64,000 nt of DNA from an uncultured Chthonomonadaceae bacterium (GCA_963835065.1 CAWIEK010000049.1:448001-512000), one strand, 5' to 3'. Positions 9,840 to 20,537 are shown, counted from the stretch's first letter. Numbers and translations are program-made. The notes: generated by a model from the sequence alone, not told the origin.

Positions 9840-11039
9840 TCACTGCCGTTGCGCCATTGGATGCCGCCGCACAATGCGCCACTGAATGCCGCCGCACAGG
9901 TCATGCCGCGTCAGGGTTTCGATCAGCGTGGTTCCTAAATTGCCGTGCGTGGCAACGGCAAAATTCGGCGGCAGGCCGGGGCCGTCGTCACATACCTGCA
10001 ATACGCAGCGCTCGTCCTGAACCCGGAACGTCACCCGTATCTGTTTCGCGCCGTGTTTGCCCGCGTTCAGCACCAGTTCGTTGGTAATCAGCGCGATTGA
10101 AGTGGCTTCCTTCACCGGCAGGTCTATCGCGTCCGCAGCCACTTCCGCCTTCAACTCCTTGCCCGACGCCGCCAGCGTCACCAGTTTTTGCAGCATCGGC
10201 TGAATGGCGACCCGGTTGGCCTGATGCTCGTGGCTCAGAAAGTCATGCACGGCGGCAACCGTTCGCACCTGCTGATAAATATCGTCCAGCACCCGGCCCG
10301 GTATCTGTTCCCCATGTTCCTGCCGGTTCATATCAATCAACGCGCCGATGGTTTGCAGGTTGTTCTTGACGCGGTGGTTCGTCTCTTTCACGGCCACTTC
10401 CAGACGCTCCGCGTTGTGCGAGGCTTCTCCCAACGCCCGGTGCAGCGCGACCACGTTCCGCCACGCCATCAGACCCAACAACACGCACACCACGCCCAAA
10501 CCGCCCATCGTTTCCAGCGCCCCCTGCTCCCACTCGCGCACCTGCTTGCTCAACCCGCTCGTTTGCCGCTTGATGTCGGCGCTTGCCGCGTCCATTTCCG
10601 CCAATCCCTGCTCAAACAGGGCTTCGCCGGGCAAGCTGCTGTCCATCGCCGTGTCCTGAATCAGCTTGTCGCCATACACGGCAAGCCATTGCTGCATCTT
10701 GCCCACGCCCGTCTGCCAGTCGGCAACCGCCTGCCCCGTCAATGCCCGCCGCGAAACTCCCTGCGCCGCCGTCTGCCATTCCTGCTTATGGGTTTTATAC
10801 AACTCGGCTCTGGCTTTGTCCAGCGTAAAGGAATAGGTGTAGATGTCATTGCGCAGGCGATGCGTGGCGGCAATGGTTTCATCAATACGCTCGTGCGCGG
10901 GGATCAATTGGGTTTCGATGTGGGTGTGGATCGCTTCCATCTTCCACTGACTCCACACAGGAACCATCAGCAGCAGCAGCAATCCCAACAGCGTCGGCAT
11001 AACCGCGCCGACAATGGCGCGAGAAGAGGTTGGTTTCAT
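9840..11039 (-). CDS. Membrane sensor histidine kinase, HisKA_2/HWE type
   Basis: Two TM helices around a helical sensor domain; ETNHRVKNNLQ H-box, NELVLNAGKHG N-box, DDGPG and GNLGT G-boxes. The C-terminus may be frameshifted. Confidence 0.85.
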   Translation of the reverse strand: MKPTSSRAIVGAVMPTLLGLLLLLMVPVWSQWKMEAIHTHIETQLIPAHERIDETIAATHRLRNDIYTYSFTLDKARAELYKTHKQEWQTAAQGVSRRALTGQAVADWQTGVGKMQQWLAVYGDKLIQDTAMDSSLPGEALFEQGLAEMDAASADIKRQTSGLSKQVREWEQGALETMGGLGVVCVLLGLMAWRNVVALHRALGEASHNAERLEVAVKETNHRVKNNLQTIGALIDMNRQEHGEQIPGRVLDDIYQQVRTVAAVHDFLSHEHQANRVAIQPMLQKLVTLAASGKELKAEVAADAIDLPVKEATSIALITNELVLNAGKHGAKQIRVTFRVQDERCVLQVCDDGPGLPPNFAVATHGNLGTTLIETLTRHDLCGGIQWRIVRRHPMAQRQ

Positions 11040-11318
11040 CAAATTTACAGCCCCACTCTGCGCGTACTTTGCAGAAAGCTACACGTTCAAGGGAAGATAC
11101 ATCAAATTATTTTGAAAATAAGCGCGTTTGAGCCACTTTCCGACCTTTTAAGATGTAGACAAGTATGAATATAAAACGAAGGAGGAAATTTCCTACAGCC
11201 AAAAACTCGCTTGCTTCATTGACGACGCACAGCAACAATACGTTCGCAAGCAGGTAAATAATTTTCGCAGGCGGATGCGCGATTAAGCCGGACGCTGCTT
11301 AAAGAAAAGCGATTTCTA

Positions 11319-11347
11319 TTGACTTCAAACTTCGCGCAAGGTATACT
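11319..11347 (+). promoter_or_regulatory. Sigma70-type promoter of the rrf2-suf operon
   Basis: TTGACT-17 nt-TATACT, 47 nt upstream of the rrf2 ATG. Confidence 0.75.
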
Positions 11348-11355
11348 AAACTATA

Positions 11356-11374
11356 TCCGACTACTTTAGTCGGA
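11356..11374. promoter_or_regulatory. Rrf2/IscR type-1-like operator
   Basis: Perfect palindrome TCCGACTA-CTT-TAGTCGGA just downstream of the -10 box; resembles the IscR type-1 motif (YYGACT-N5-AGTCRR). Confidence 0.75.
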
Positions 11375-11393
11375 AACAGTTCTGCGGGAGCCA

Positions 11394-11873
11394 ATGTTCA
11401 GGATGTTAAGCATCAGCAAGAAAACCGATTACGCTTTGATGGCGCTTTCCCACCTGACGCGCATCGAACCCGGACGTTCCGCCAACACCAAAGAGATCGC
11501 GGAGCAGTACAACATTCCTGTCGAATTGCTTGCCAAAATCCTGCAAAAACTGGCGAAGGCGAAACTCGTCGTTTCCACTGCCGGCCCGACCGGGGGCTAC
11601 AAACTGGCGCGTCCCGCTGTGGAAATCAGCGTTGGCGCGATTATTGCCGTTGTAGATGGCCCTCCCGCAATCGTACAATGTATGAAAGCAACCGCCAACG
11701 GCTGCGAACAGCACACAAAATGCACCATCCGCAAGCCGCTGGAACGCATCAACGCCCGCATTTTGCAGATGCTCAGTCTGATTTCCCTCGCCGAAATCAG
11801 CAGCGACGACACAAGCGTAACCTCATTCCCACTGGTCGCCCAACTCGGCCCTGCCGAACGCCGCGCCCATTGA
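11394..11873 (+). CDS. Rrf2-family (IscR-like) Fe-S transcriptional regulator
   Basis: ISKKTDYALMAL...EIAE...LLAKILQKL...GPTGGYKLA winged HTH; three Cys (C-x7-C-x5-C); first gene of the suf operon. Confidence 0.9.
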   Translation: MFRMLSISKKTDYALMALSHLTRIEPGRSANTKEIAEQYNIPVELLAKILQKLAKAKLVVSTAGPTGGYKLARPAVEISVGAIIAVVDGPPAIVQCMKATANGCEQHTKCTIRKPLERINARILQMLSLISLAEISSDDTSVTSFPLVAQLGPAERRAH

Positions 11874-11875
11874 GA

Positions 11876-11990
11876 ATTTACGATTTTCGATTTTCGATTG
11901 TGGATTGCAGATTTAGATTTGACGCTTGTACAGGAACATGATGTGAAGAGGCGAATGACTTTTCCCTTTTCCCTTTTTCCTTTTCCCTTG
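11876..11990. repeat. Heptamer arrays (GATTTTC)n and (TTTTCCC)n
   Basis: Degenerate tandem heptamers between rrf2 and sufB. Confidence 0.7.
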
Positions 11991-12004
11991 CATGAGGATA
12001 CGCA

Positions 12005-13453
12005 ATGACGACCTTAGAAACCATGGACCCGATACAGGCTTCCATCAGCCAGGATTACAAATACGGGTTTAGCTCCGACATCGAATCCGAATCCATTCCC
12101 AAAGGACTGAGCGAAGACGTGATTCGGCTCATCTCTTCCAAAAAGAGCGAACCGGAATGGCTGCTGGAATGGCGGCTCAAAGCCTATCGCCACTGGCTGA
12201 CGATGGAAGACCCGCTCTGGCATAACGTCAAAATCGCGCCCGTAGACTATCAGGAAATCATCTACTACAGCGCTCCCAAGCCCAAAAAAGTCCTGAACAG
12301 TCTGGACGAGGTAGACCCGGAACTGCTGGAAACCTTTGAGAAATTGGGCATTTCGCTGACCGAACAAAAGCGGCTGACGGGCGTTGCCGTAGACGCCGTT
12401 TTCGACAGCGTTTCCGTAGCCACAACGTTCAAGGAAAAGCTGTACGACATGGGCATTATCTTCTGCTCATTCAGCGAGGCCGTCCAGAACCACCCGGAAC
12501 TGGTGCGCGAATACCTGGGTTCCGTCGTGCCCTATTCCGACAACTTTTTCGCGACCCTGAATTCCGCCGTGTTCAGCGACGGCTCGTTCTGCTACATTCC
12601 CAAAGGCGTTCGCTGCCCGATGGAATTGTCCACGTACTTCCGCATCAACGCCGCGAATACGGGACAGTTCGAGCGGACGCTGCTGATTGCGGATGAAGGC
12701 GCTTACGTGTCCTATCTGGAAGGCTGCACCGCGCCCATGCGCGACGAAAACCAACTCCACGCGGCTGTCGTGGAACTGGTTGCCCTCAAGGGAGCGACCA
12801 TCAAGTACAGCACCGTGCAGAACTGGTATCCCGGCGACAAAAACGGCAAGGGCGGCATCTACAACTTCGTCACCAAGCGCGGCAAAGCCTTCGAGAACGC
12901 CAAACTGACGTGGACGCAGGTGGAAACCGGCTCGGCAATCACGTGGAAATACCCAAGCTGCATCCTGCTTGGCGACAACGCGGTGGGCGAGTTCTACAGC
13001 GTCGCGCTGACCAACAACTATCAGCAGGCCGATACCGGCACAAAGATGATCCATATCGGCAAGAACACGCGCAGCACCATTGTCAGCAAGGGCATTTCGG
13101 CGGGCCGGGGCCAGAACACCTATCGCGGCCTTGTCAAAATCAATGCCGGCGCGGAAAACGCCCGCAACTACTCGCAATGCGACAGCCTGCTGATGGGCGA
13201 CCGGTGCGGGGCGCATACCTTCCCGTACATCGAAGTGAAGAACCCTACCGCGCAGGTGGAACACGAGGCGTCCACGTCCAAAATCGGCGAGGACCAGATT
13301 TTCTACTGCAACCAGCGCGGCATCTCGACGGAAGACGCGGTCAACATGATTGTCAACGGCTTCTGCAAGGAAGTGTTCCGCGAACTGCCGATGGAATTCG
13401 CCGTAGAAGCGCAAAAACTGTTAGGCATCAGTCTGGAAGGCAGCGTAGGATAG
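12005..13453 (+). CDS. sufB: Fe-S cluster assembly protein SufB
   Basis: YKYGF...[14 protein letters not shown]...GQFERTL...YLEGCTAP...NFVTKRG...EHEASTSKI...LEGSVG. Confidence 0.97.
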   Translation: MTTLETMDPIQASISQDYKYGFSSDIESESIPKGLSEDVIRLISSKKSEPEWLLEWRLKAYRHWLTMEDPLWHNVKIAPVDYQEIIYYSAPKPKKVLNSLDEVDPELLETFEKLGISLTEQKRLTGVAVDAVFDSVSVATTFKEKLYDMGIIFCSFSEAVQNHPELVREYLGSVVPYSDNFFATLNSAVFSDGSFCYIPKGVRCPMELSTYFRINAANTGQFERTLLIADEGAYVSYLEGCTAPMRDENQLHAAVVELVALKGATIKYSTVQNWYPGDKNGKGGIYNFVTKRGKAFENAKLTWTQVETGSAITWKYPSCILLGDNAVGEFYSVALTNNYQQADTGTKMIHIGKNTRSTIVSKGISAGRGQNTYRGLVKINAGAENARNYSQCDSLLMGDRCGAHTFPYIEVKNPTAQVEHEASTSKIGEDQIFYCNQRGISTEDAVNMIVNGFCKEVFRELPMEFAVEAQKLLGISLEGSVG

Positions 13454-13562
13454 GTATTCAGGTGTTCAGGTGTTCAGGTGTTCGGAGGGGTGATATAGCA
13501 ACAATTTATACAAAAGCAGGAATCTTCCTGAACACCCGAATACCTGAATACCTGAACACCTG
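13452..13562. repeat. Inverted octamer-array element (AGGTRTTC)4 ... (CCYGAAYA)4
   Basis: Left arm overlaps the sufB stop codon; the right arm is its reverse complement. Confidence 0.9.
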
Positions 13563-13580
13563 CATTGTGTGGAGGGCGAC

Positions 13581-14300
13581 ATGACAACAACCGTTCCGGC
13601 GAAAACCGCTGCCGTTCCCAAAGAACCTTTCTACCCTGTCAGTGATGGAGAACCGATGGCTGAAACCAATTTACATTGGGATGTTACCGTCTATGCCACC
13701 GAAGCCTTACGAGAGCGTTACAAGGATCGTAATGACGTTTATGTCGCCAGTGACAACTTTCTCTATTATGAGAAGAACATTCCCAGTTCCGTTGTATCGC
13801 CGGACTGTTACGTCGTTTTCGGCGTTCCTTCCAGCCTGCGCGACTCGTACAAAACATGGGAAGAGGGTGGTCGCCTCCCTTCGGTGGTGATTGAAATCAC
13901 TTCCAAAAAAACACGCAAAGAAGATACCGGGCGCAAGCTGCAAACGTATCAAAACTTGCGCGTTGCCGAATACTTTTTGTTTGATCCCACTGCCGATTAT
14001 ATTAACGCGCGTCTGAGCGGTTACCGATTGGGAGCGCAGGGTTACGAACTGATGCAGCCGGATGATTGGGGCAGGCTGACAAGTCAGGAACTTGGCCTGC
14101 AATTGATGGCGGAAGGCAACCGTCTGCGTTACTATGACCCAATAACACGCGAAAAACTGCTTACAGATCAGGAAGTGCGGGAACTTGCCAGGCAGGAAGC
14201 GCAACGCGCCGAACAAGAAGCAAAACGCGCCGACACCGCCGAAGCCGAAATCGCGCGTCTTCGGGCGGAACTTGCCGCGCTGCAAACGAACAAAGCCTGA
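13581..14300 (+). CDS. Uma2-family (DUF820) PD-(D/E)XK endonuclease
   Basis: YPVSDGEPMAETNLH, SPDCYVV, VVIEITSKKTRKED, VAEYFLFDP; C-terminal coiled coil. Confidence 0.9.
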   Translation: MTTTVPAKTAAVPKEPFYPVSDGEPMAETNLHWDVTVYATEALRERYKDRNDVYVASDNFLYYEKNIPSSVVSPDCYVVFGVPSSLRDSYKTWEEGGRLPSVVIEITSKKTRKEDTGRKLQTYQNLRVAEYFLFDPTADYINARLSGYRLGAQGYELMQPDDWGRLTSQELGLQLMAEGNRLRYYDPITREKLLTDQEVRELARQEAQRAEQEAKRADTAEAEIARLRAELAALQTNKA

Positions 14301-14381
14301 TGGGGCAAAACTGAATTTTGTGTTCCATGTACTTTGACAACGGATATTGTAACGTACATTGGCAACTGAGGATGAGAACTT

Positions 14382-15168
14382 ATGACGATGCTGGAAATCC
14401 GCAACCTCAAGGCGAGGGCGGGCGACAAAGAAATTTTGAAGGGCATTGACCTGACCGTGAACGCGGGCGAGGTGCATGCCATCATGGGCCTGAACGGTTC
14501 GGGCAAAAGTACGCTGGCGAGTGTGCTTGCCGGCAAAAGCGCGTATACGGTTACGGATGGCGAAGCGCGGTTTGAAGGACAGGACTTGCTGGAAATGGAC
14601 CCGGAAGACCGGGCGCGGGCGGGCGTGTTTCTCGCCTTTCAGTATCCTGTGGAACTGCCGGGCGTCAACAACACCTATTTCCTCAAGGCCGCTTTGAACT
14701 CCATACGCAAGGAGCGCGGCGAGGAAGAACTCGACGCGATGGACTTCATGAAGCTGGTCAAGCAAAAACTGAAAGTGCTGGACATTGACCAGAGTTTGCT
14801 TCAGCGTCCCGGTTAATGAAGGTTTTTCGGGTGGCGAAAAGAAGCGCAACGAGATTTTCCAGATGGCGGTTCTCGATCCCAAACTGGCGATTCTGGACGA
14901 AACCGATTCCGGGCTGGACATTGACGCCCTGCGCGCGGTTGGCGAAGGCGTGACCAAATTGAAGTCGCCGGAACGCGCCGTTGTCGTGATTACGCACTAT
15001 CAGCGCCTGCTCAACTACATCGCGCCCGACTTCGTGCATGTCCTGATGGATGGCCGCATTGTCCGTTCGGGCGGGCCGGATTTGGCGCTGCGGCTGGAAC
15101 ACGAGGGCTACGCCTGGCTGGAAGACGAGATCAAGCGCGAGTCGCCCCTGGCCGGCGTGGGAGCGTAG
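14382..15168 (+). CDS. sufC: Fe-S assembly ATPase SufC (one extra base near 14810)
   Basis: [16 protein letters not shown], then [14 protein letters not shown] and [12 protein letters not shown] in the next frame. Confidence 0.93.
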
Positions 15169-15182
15169 GAGAAGAAAATATC

Positions 15183-16521
15183 ATGACCACGCTTGCACCC
15201 ACTAATAGCATTGACGCCTTTCGCGCCGATTTTGAACGCGCCTTGCAGGATGCAACCGGAAGTATTCCCGGCTGGCTGCGGCAGCATCGGCAGGCCGCGT
15301 TTAATCGCTTTGCCGACCTGGGCTTTCCCACGCGCCGCGATGAAGAATGGCGTTACACGGACATTCGCCCGATTGCCGACACTGCCTTTGCCGTGCCGGA
15401 ATACGCGCAGCAAAACGTGACTGCCGGGCAGATCGGCGACTTGTTCTTTCCCACGTTCAAGACAAATCGGCTCGTTTTCGTCAACGGGCGCTATTCTGCG
15501 GAATTGTCGCAAATTCAGGAACTGCCCGCAGGCGTTCGCATCGGCAGTCTGCGCGAGTTGGTACAAAACAACCCGGACGAGTACCAATCCGTTCTTGAAC
15601 ATCGGCAACACAACAGCAAAACGGCGTTTACCGCTCTGAATTTTGCCTTTTTTGAGGATGGCGCGTACATCCATATCCCGCGTAATGGCGTTGTCGCGGA
15701 CCCGATTATGCTGATTTATGTGTCCAACGCGGCTGCCACGCCAACGGCTTCGCATCCGCTCACGTTCATCAGCGCGGGAGAAAACAGTCAGGCGACTGTT
15801 ATTGAAACGTATCTCGGCGTTGGCGCGGATGTGTATCTTACCAACGCGGTCACGGAAATATCTGTCGGCGGAAAGCGCCGTTCTCGACCATATCAAGATC
15901 ACGCAGGAACTTGGGGGCGCGTACCACGTCGCCACAACCGACATCACCTTGGCGAGCAAAGCGAACTTCACGTCGCACAACATTACGCTTGGCGGGCAGA
16001 TCGTCCGCAATGATTTCAACGCCGATTTGCGCGGCGAAGGCATCGAATGTACGCTGAATGGCGTGTATCATGCCAAAGACAAGCAGTTGATAGATAACCA
16101 CACGTCTATTGACCATGCCCTGCCGCACTGCAACAGCCACGAACTGTACAAAGGCATTCTGGACGGCAAGGCGCGAGGCGTATTCAACGGCAAAATTTTC
16201 GTGCGCGAGGATGCGCAAAAAACCGACGCCAAGCAGACCAATCAGACGATGCTGCTGTCGCCTGACGCGACTATCAACACCAAGCCGCAATTGGAAATCT
16301 TTGCGGATGACGTGCGCTGTACGCACGGCGCAACCGTCGGGCAACTCAATCAGGAAGCGCTGTTTTATCTGCGGACGCGCGGCATCGGCAAAAACGAAGC
16401 CCGCGCCATGCTGACATTTGCCTTCGCCAACGACGTTGTAAGCCGTATCAAGGTCGGCCCGGTACGCCTGATGCTGGAACATCTGCTGCTGACCGCTCTG
16501 CGCAATTCCGGGGAAGTTTAG
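15183..16521 (+). CDS. sufD: Fe-S assembly protein SufD (indel near 15868)
   Basis: GFPTRRDEEWRYT; AQKTDAKQ, KPQLEIFADDVRCTHGATVG, LFYLRTRGI. Confidence 0.93.
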
Positions 16522-16528
16522 CCGCTAA

Positions 16529-16611
16529 ATAGTTGATAGTTGATAGTTGGTAGTCCGATAGAGACGCGGCATCTACGGAAACTCTCAACTATCAACTATC
16601 AACTATCAACT
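16529..16611. repeat. Inverted heptamer-array element (AGTTGAT)n ... (ATCAACT)n
   Basis: Arms between sufD and sufS. Confidence 0.9.
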
Positions 16612-16657
16612 GTGTGGTACACGCGAATGGATGCAGGAACGAGGAGAAGTTAAGGCT

Positions 16658-17929
16658 ATGACAATCACTTTGGAGCGGCCTGCGGCGACAGCGCCGGATA
16701 TAAATAGACTGCCGTATGATGTGCAGAAGGTACGCGCTGATTTTCCTATTCTGAACGAGCGCGTTCACGGCAAGCCGCTGGTCTATCTGGACAACGCCGC
16801 GACGACGCAAAAGCCGCAATCCGTGCTGGATACGCTGACGCATTACTATGAGCATGACAACGCCAACATTCATCGCGGCGTTCATCTTCTCAGCGAGCGG
16901 GCGACTCATGCTTATGAGCAGGCGCGGGTGAAGGTGCAGAAGTTTCTCAACGCCGCCAAATCGAACGAGATTATCTACGTCCGCAACGCGACTGAAGGCA
17001 TCAACCTTGTGGCGCAAACGTATGGGCGCAGGAACATCGGCGAAGGCGACGAGATCATTATTTCCGCGATGGAGCATCACTGCAACATCGTGCCCTGGCA
17101 AATGCTGTGCGAGGAAAAGGGCGCGAAGCTGCGCGTGATCCCGATGAACGACGCGGGCGAACTGCTGCTGGATGAGTACGAAAAACTGATTACGCCGCGC
17201 ACCAAGTTCGTGTCCATCGTTCACATGTCCAACGCGCTCGGCACGATCAATCCGGTCAAGCAGATGATTGACACGGCCCATGCCAACGGGATTCCGGTTT
17301 TGGTGGACGCGGCGCAATCCGCGTACCATATTCCGCTCGACGTGCAGGCGTTGGACTGCGATTTTCTCGTTTTTTCCGGGCATAAATTGTACGGCCCAAC
17401 CGGAATCGGCGTACTCTACGGCAAGGAAGAGTTCTTGAATGCCATGCCCCCCTGGATGGGCGGCGGCGACATGATCCGCTCCGTGACGTTCGAGAAAACC
17501 ACGTACAACGCCCTGCCCTACAAATTCGAGGCGGGAACGCCCCATATCGCAGGCGGCATCGGCCTGGGCGCGGCCATTGACTACCTGAACCAATTGGGCA
17601 TGGATCGCCTTGCCGGTCACGAGCATGAGCTGCTGGAATACGGCACGGACGCGCTGCAAACGGTTCCCGGCCTGACCCTGATTGGAACCGCAGCGGCAAA
17701 GGCAAGCGTATTTTCCTTTGTGCTGGAAGGCGTCCACCCGCACGATATTGGAACCATTCTGGATCAGGAAGGCATCGCCATACGGACGGGCCACCATTGC
17801 GCGCAGCCCGTGATGCAGCGGTATTCCATTCCCGCCACTGCCCGCGCGTCCCTGGCCTGCTACAATACCAAAGAGGAAATAGATGTGCTGGTACGCGGCC
17901 TGAATCGCGTTGCGGAGGTAATGGGCTGA
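16658..17929 (+). CDS. sufS: Cysteine desulfurase SufS
   Basis: YLDNAATTQKP, FSGHKLYGPTG (PLP lysine), RTGHHCAQP (catalytic Cys). Confidence 0.97.
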   Translation: MTITLERPAATAPDINRLPYDVQKVRADFPILNERVHGKPLVYLDNAATTQKPQSVLDTLTHYYEHDNANIHRGVHLLSERATHAYEQARVKVQKFLNAAKSNEIIYVRNATEGINLVAQTYGRRNIGEGDEIIISAMEHHCNIVPWQMLCEEKGAKLRVIPMNDAGELLLDEYEKLITPRTKFVSIVHMSNALGTINPVKQMIDTAHANGIPVLVDAAQSAYHIPLDVQALDCDFLVFSGHKLYGPTGIGVLYGKEEFLNAMPPWMGGGDMIRSVTFEKTTYNALPYKFEAGTPHIAGGIGLGAAIDYLNQLGMDRLAGHEHELLEYGTDALQTVPGLTLIGTAAAKASVFSFVLEGVHPHDIGTILDQEGIAIRTGHHCAQPVMQRYSIPATARASLACYNTKEEIDVLVRGLNRVAEVMG

Positions 17930-18383
17930 TGTCGGAACTGCGCGATCTGTATCAGGAAGTGATTTTAGATCACAACAAGCGGCCCCGCAACTTCGGCGCG
18001 CTGCCCGACGCCACGCGCCACGCGGACGGCCACAATCCCTTATGCGGCGACCAAATTTCCGTATCCGTAAAGCTGAACGGCGACCTTATCGAGGACATAC
18101 GCTTTGAGGGACAGGGCTGCGCTATTTCCAAAGCGTCGGCTCCATGATGACGGCGGAACTGAAAGGCAAAACGCTTGCGGAAGCGGAAAGCATCTTCGGC
18201 GTGTTTCACGAAATGGTCGCCGGCCCGCAGGAATTGGAAGAAGACGAAATCGAAGCGTTGGGCAAATTGGCGGTCTTTTCCGGCGTCCGCGAATACCCCG
18301 CCCGCGTGAAATGCGCCAGCCTCGCCTGGCACACCCTTCACGCCGCCCTGGAAAATCAAGAGATGCCGGTGACGACAGAGTAG
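17929..18383 (+). CDS. sufU: SufU/IscU-like sulfur-transfer protein (indel near 18140)
   Basis: LYQEVILDH, GHNPLCGD, GCAISKAS, then PARVKCASLAWH; TGATG coupling to sufS. Confidence 0.92.
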
Positions 18384-18471
18384 GGATTAGGGATTAGGGG
18401 TTCGGGATTAGGAACATGCCGCTGCTGCTTTCTGCCTTCACACCCCTATATTCCCTTAATCCCTAATCCCT
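18381..18471. repeat. Inverted heptamer-array element (TAGGGAT)n ... (ATCCCTA)n
   Basis: The first unit begins with the sufU stop codon TAG. Confidence 0.85.
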
Positions 18472-18481
18472 GGAGTTCTCT

Positions 18482-18808
18482 ATGGAACTATCCCCGATTG
18501 AAAAAACCGTATTGGAAGGCGAGATTATTGAGGCGATTCGGACGGTGTACGACCCCGAAATTCCCGTCAATGTCTACGACCTGGGCCTGATTTATAACAT
18601 TGACATCAGTTCGCAAGCCGATGTTCACATCCAAATGACGCTGACCTCGCCCGGCTGCCCGGTGGCGGGTACGCTGCCGCCGGAAGTGGAAGAAAAGGCG
18701 GAAAGCGTTCCCGGCGTCCGCGAAGCAAGCGTAGAAATCGTGTGGGAACCCCAGTGGAACATGGACATGATGACCGACGAGGCCAAACTGGATTTGGGAC
18801 TGTTTTAG
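18482..18808 (+). CDS. sufT: DUF59/SufT Fe-S maturation protein
   Basis: VYDPEIPVNVYDLGLIY, MTLTSPGCP, VWEPQW motifs. Confidence 0.9.
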   Translation: MELSPIEKTVLEGEIIEAIRTVYDPEIPVNVYDLGLIYNIDISSQADVHIQMTLTSPGCPVAGTLPPEVEEKAESVPGVREASVEIVWEPQWNMDMMTDEAKLDLGLF

Positions 18809-18832
18809 ACGCAACACGGTTCAAATAAGAAC

Positions 18833-18946
18833 CCGTAGGGACACAACATGTTGTGTCCTCCTCTGGTACATATTGTGTCCTTCTCCGGTAGAGGAAAGCG
18901 CGGACACGGTATAGAAGCGCGGACACAACATGTTGTGTCCCTACGG
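18833..18946. repeat. GTAG-family REP doublet
   Basis: CCGTAGGGACACAACATGTTGTGTCC ... GGACACAACATGTTGTGTCCCTACGG perfect inverted pair, each copy internally palindromic. Confidence 0.9.
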
Positions 18947-18972
18947 CATTTTATTGGGTTGAGGAGACGAAC

Positions 18973-19341
18973 ATGAGCGATACTTTAGAAGCGGTAAACG
19001 CAACCACGGCGGTGCTGACGCTGACGCCGAACGCGGTGCGGCAGGTAAAGTTTCTGATTAACAAGCAGGGCAATCCGAACCTCGGCCTGCGGGTCGGCGT
19101 CAAGGGCGGCGGCTGTTCCGGCCTATCCTATACCATGACGCTGGACGCAAACACAACCGAACGCGATCTGGTAACGGAAATTGACGGGATTAACGTAATC
19201 GTAGACCGCCGCGCCGTCAAGTTTTTGGAAGGCACAATGCTGGACTACTCCACCAAAAACCTGCTGGAAGGCGGCTGGCAGTGGAGCAACCCCAACGCGC
19301 AGCGCAGTTGCGGCTGCGGCACATCCTTCACGCCGAAATAG
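18973..19341 (+). CDS. sufA: A-type Fe-S carrier (SufA/IscA/HesB family)
   Basis: LRVGVKGGGCSGLSY and NPNA..SCGCGTSF. Confidence 0.93.
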   Translation: MSDTLEAVNATTAVLTLTPNAVRQVKFLINKQGNPNLGLRVGVKGGGCSGLSYTMTLDANTTERDLVTEIDGINVIVDRRAVKFLEGTMLDYSTKNLLEGGWQWSNPNAQRSCGCGTSFTPK

Positions 19342-19412
19342 TCTAATCCAACATTTGACGGGGCATGAAGGAATTTAGCTGCTCTTAGTTTTACTTTTAC
19401 TCTTCTTATCCT

Positions 19413-19619
19413 TCAACTTCCATGCAAAACAGACTTCAAGAAACCTAAAGTAAAGCCTATGAAGTAGCATCCAATCCGCATCGCCCAAAAAGTGAAACCA
19501 TGTACAGGAACAAAGGCTGTAACCAAACACTCCAGTAGCCAGCCTTGCAAAATTCCTAATCCTGCTATCGTTATATAGAGGACGAATACAAGCCCTTCGT
19601 TTGGCATCCAGCACCTCAT
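19413..19619 (-). CDS. Possible small AT-rich membrane protein
   Basis: 68-aa hydrophobic ORF in an AT-rich patch; no recognised motif. Confidence 0.3.
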   Translation of the reverse strand: MRCWMPNEGLVFVLYITIAGLGILQGWLLECLVTAFVPVHGFTFWAMRIGCYFIGFTLGFLKSVLHGS

Positions 19620-19648
19620 AGGTCTTCAGAACTGATTAGAATTAGGGG

Positions 19649-19685
19649 AACAGCCCTACGCGCTTGCGTAAGGCTGTTTTGTTTC
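19649..19685. terminator. Intrinsic terminator-like hairpin between convergent operons
   Basis: AACAGCCCTACGC-GCTT-GCGTAAGGCTGTT followed by a T-rich run. Confidence 0.55.
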
Positions 19686-19705
19686 AGTCAGCTTTGAGAT
19701 GAATT

Positions 19706-20372
19706 TTACAAAGTAAAGGAGCCGTAGAAGGCGGTATTCTGATCCTTCTTTTCCCATGCGGAGCCGAGCGTTTTGTCGGCGATGCCGCTGGTTCGGGTGA
19801 AGCCGACACGACGGTCTTTCAGTTCCACAAGGGGCTTGTACCAGACGAGATGCGGCAGGGTGCAGCACTCGCGGTTGGGCATGGCCTCCACATTCAGCGT
19901 CGTCACGCCTTTTGCTTCCACCGCAAACGCTTCGTTCTTGCGCGTGAACACAATCGAAACACGCTTCACGTCCACCACTTTGCCTAGCGATTGCGCGTAC
20001 TTTGTTTTCAGCGCGTCCGCCAATGCGAGTGCCTGCGCGGGAGTGGCGCTGGAATCAATGTACAAAATGGAGCGCCGCTCGGCCTGCTCGTCTATCAGGT
20101 TGGCCTCACTGACAACAGAAGCGACTGCCGACAGGCCGTTCAGCAAAGTTCCGTTCCACGCGCCTTCGCGGATGTGCCACACCATTTCCGCTTCGCGCCC
20201 GGTTGTGGTCAGTTCGCCGTTGTAGTGACACGCGCCCGCAAACACGCTGGCCGTCCGCGCTTCCACGTAATCGCCCGCAAGATGGTTTGCCGCGCTTGTT
20301 GCCCGTCGGGGCCGCAAGTGTTGCCGTGCCGGACGCGCACAACAGGGACAGAGCCAATAAAGATTGTCGCAT
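19706..20372 (-). CDS. Exported DUF1326-like protein (indel after the signal peptide)
   Basis: GAGGAG RBS and signal peptide MRQSLLALSLLC; GDYVEARTASVFAGACHYNGE, ILYIDSSATPAQ motifs. Confidence 0.7.
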
Positions 20373-20441
20373 ACGTTTGTTCTCCTCAACGCGAAAAGTC
20401 GCTGCACTTGTCCCTATTATATCACGTTTGCTTCCCGGCTG

Positions 20442-20537
20442 TTTGTCTTGAACCATGATTTATGTGATTTTGATGATTACCATGAGAAACGCGCCTTCTC
20501 AATCATGGTAATCCTGAAAATCATGGTTCAAGACAAA
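20442..20537. repeat. Inverted nonamer-type element
   Basis: TTTGTCTTGAACCATGATT ... AATCATGGTTCAAGACAAA outer inverted repeat with internal (ATGATT/AATCAT) units at about 9-nt period. Confidence 0.85.

Noticed and set aside
14382..18383. sufC, sufD and sufU as pseudogenes or programmed frameshifts
   Set aside because: Each has a single indel, mostly in short homopolymers, with conserved sequence on both sides. The same pattern affects more than 10 unrelated genes in the window, so sequencing error is the simplest explanation.
19375..19619. Four-helix-bundle or GxxExxY passenger gene associated with the short repeats
   Set aside because: The translations show none of those motifs, and no such gene was recognised anywhere in the window.
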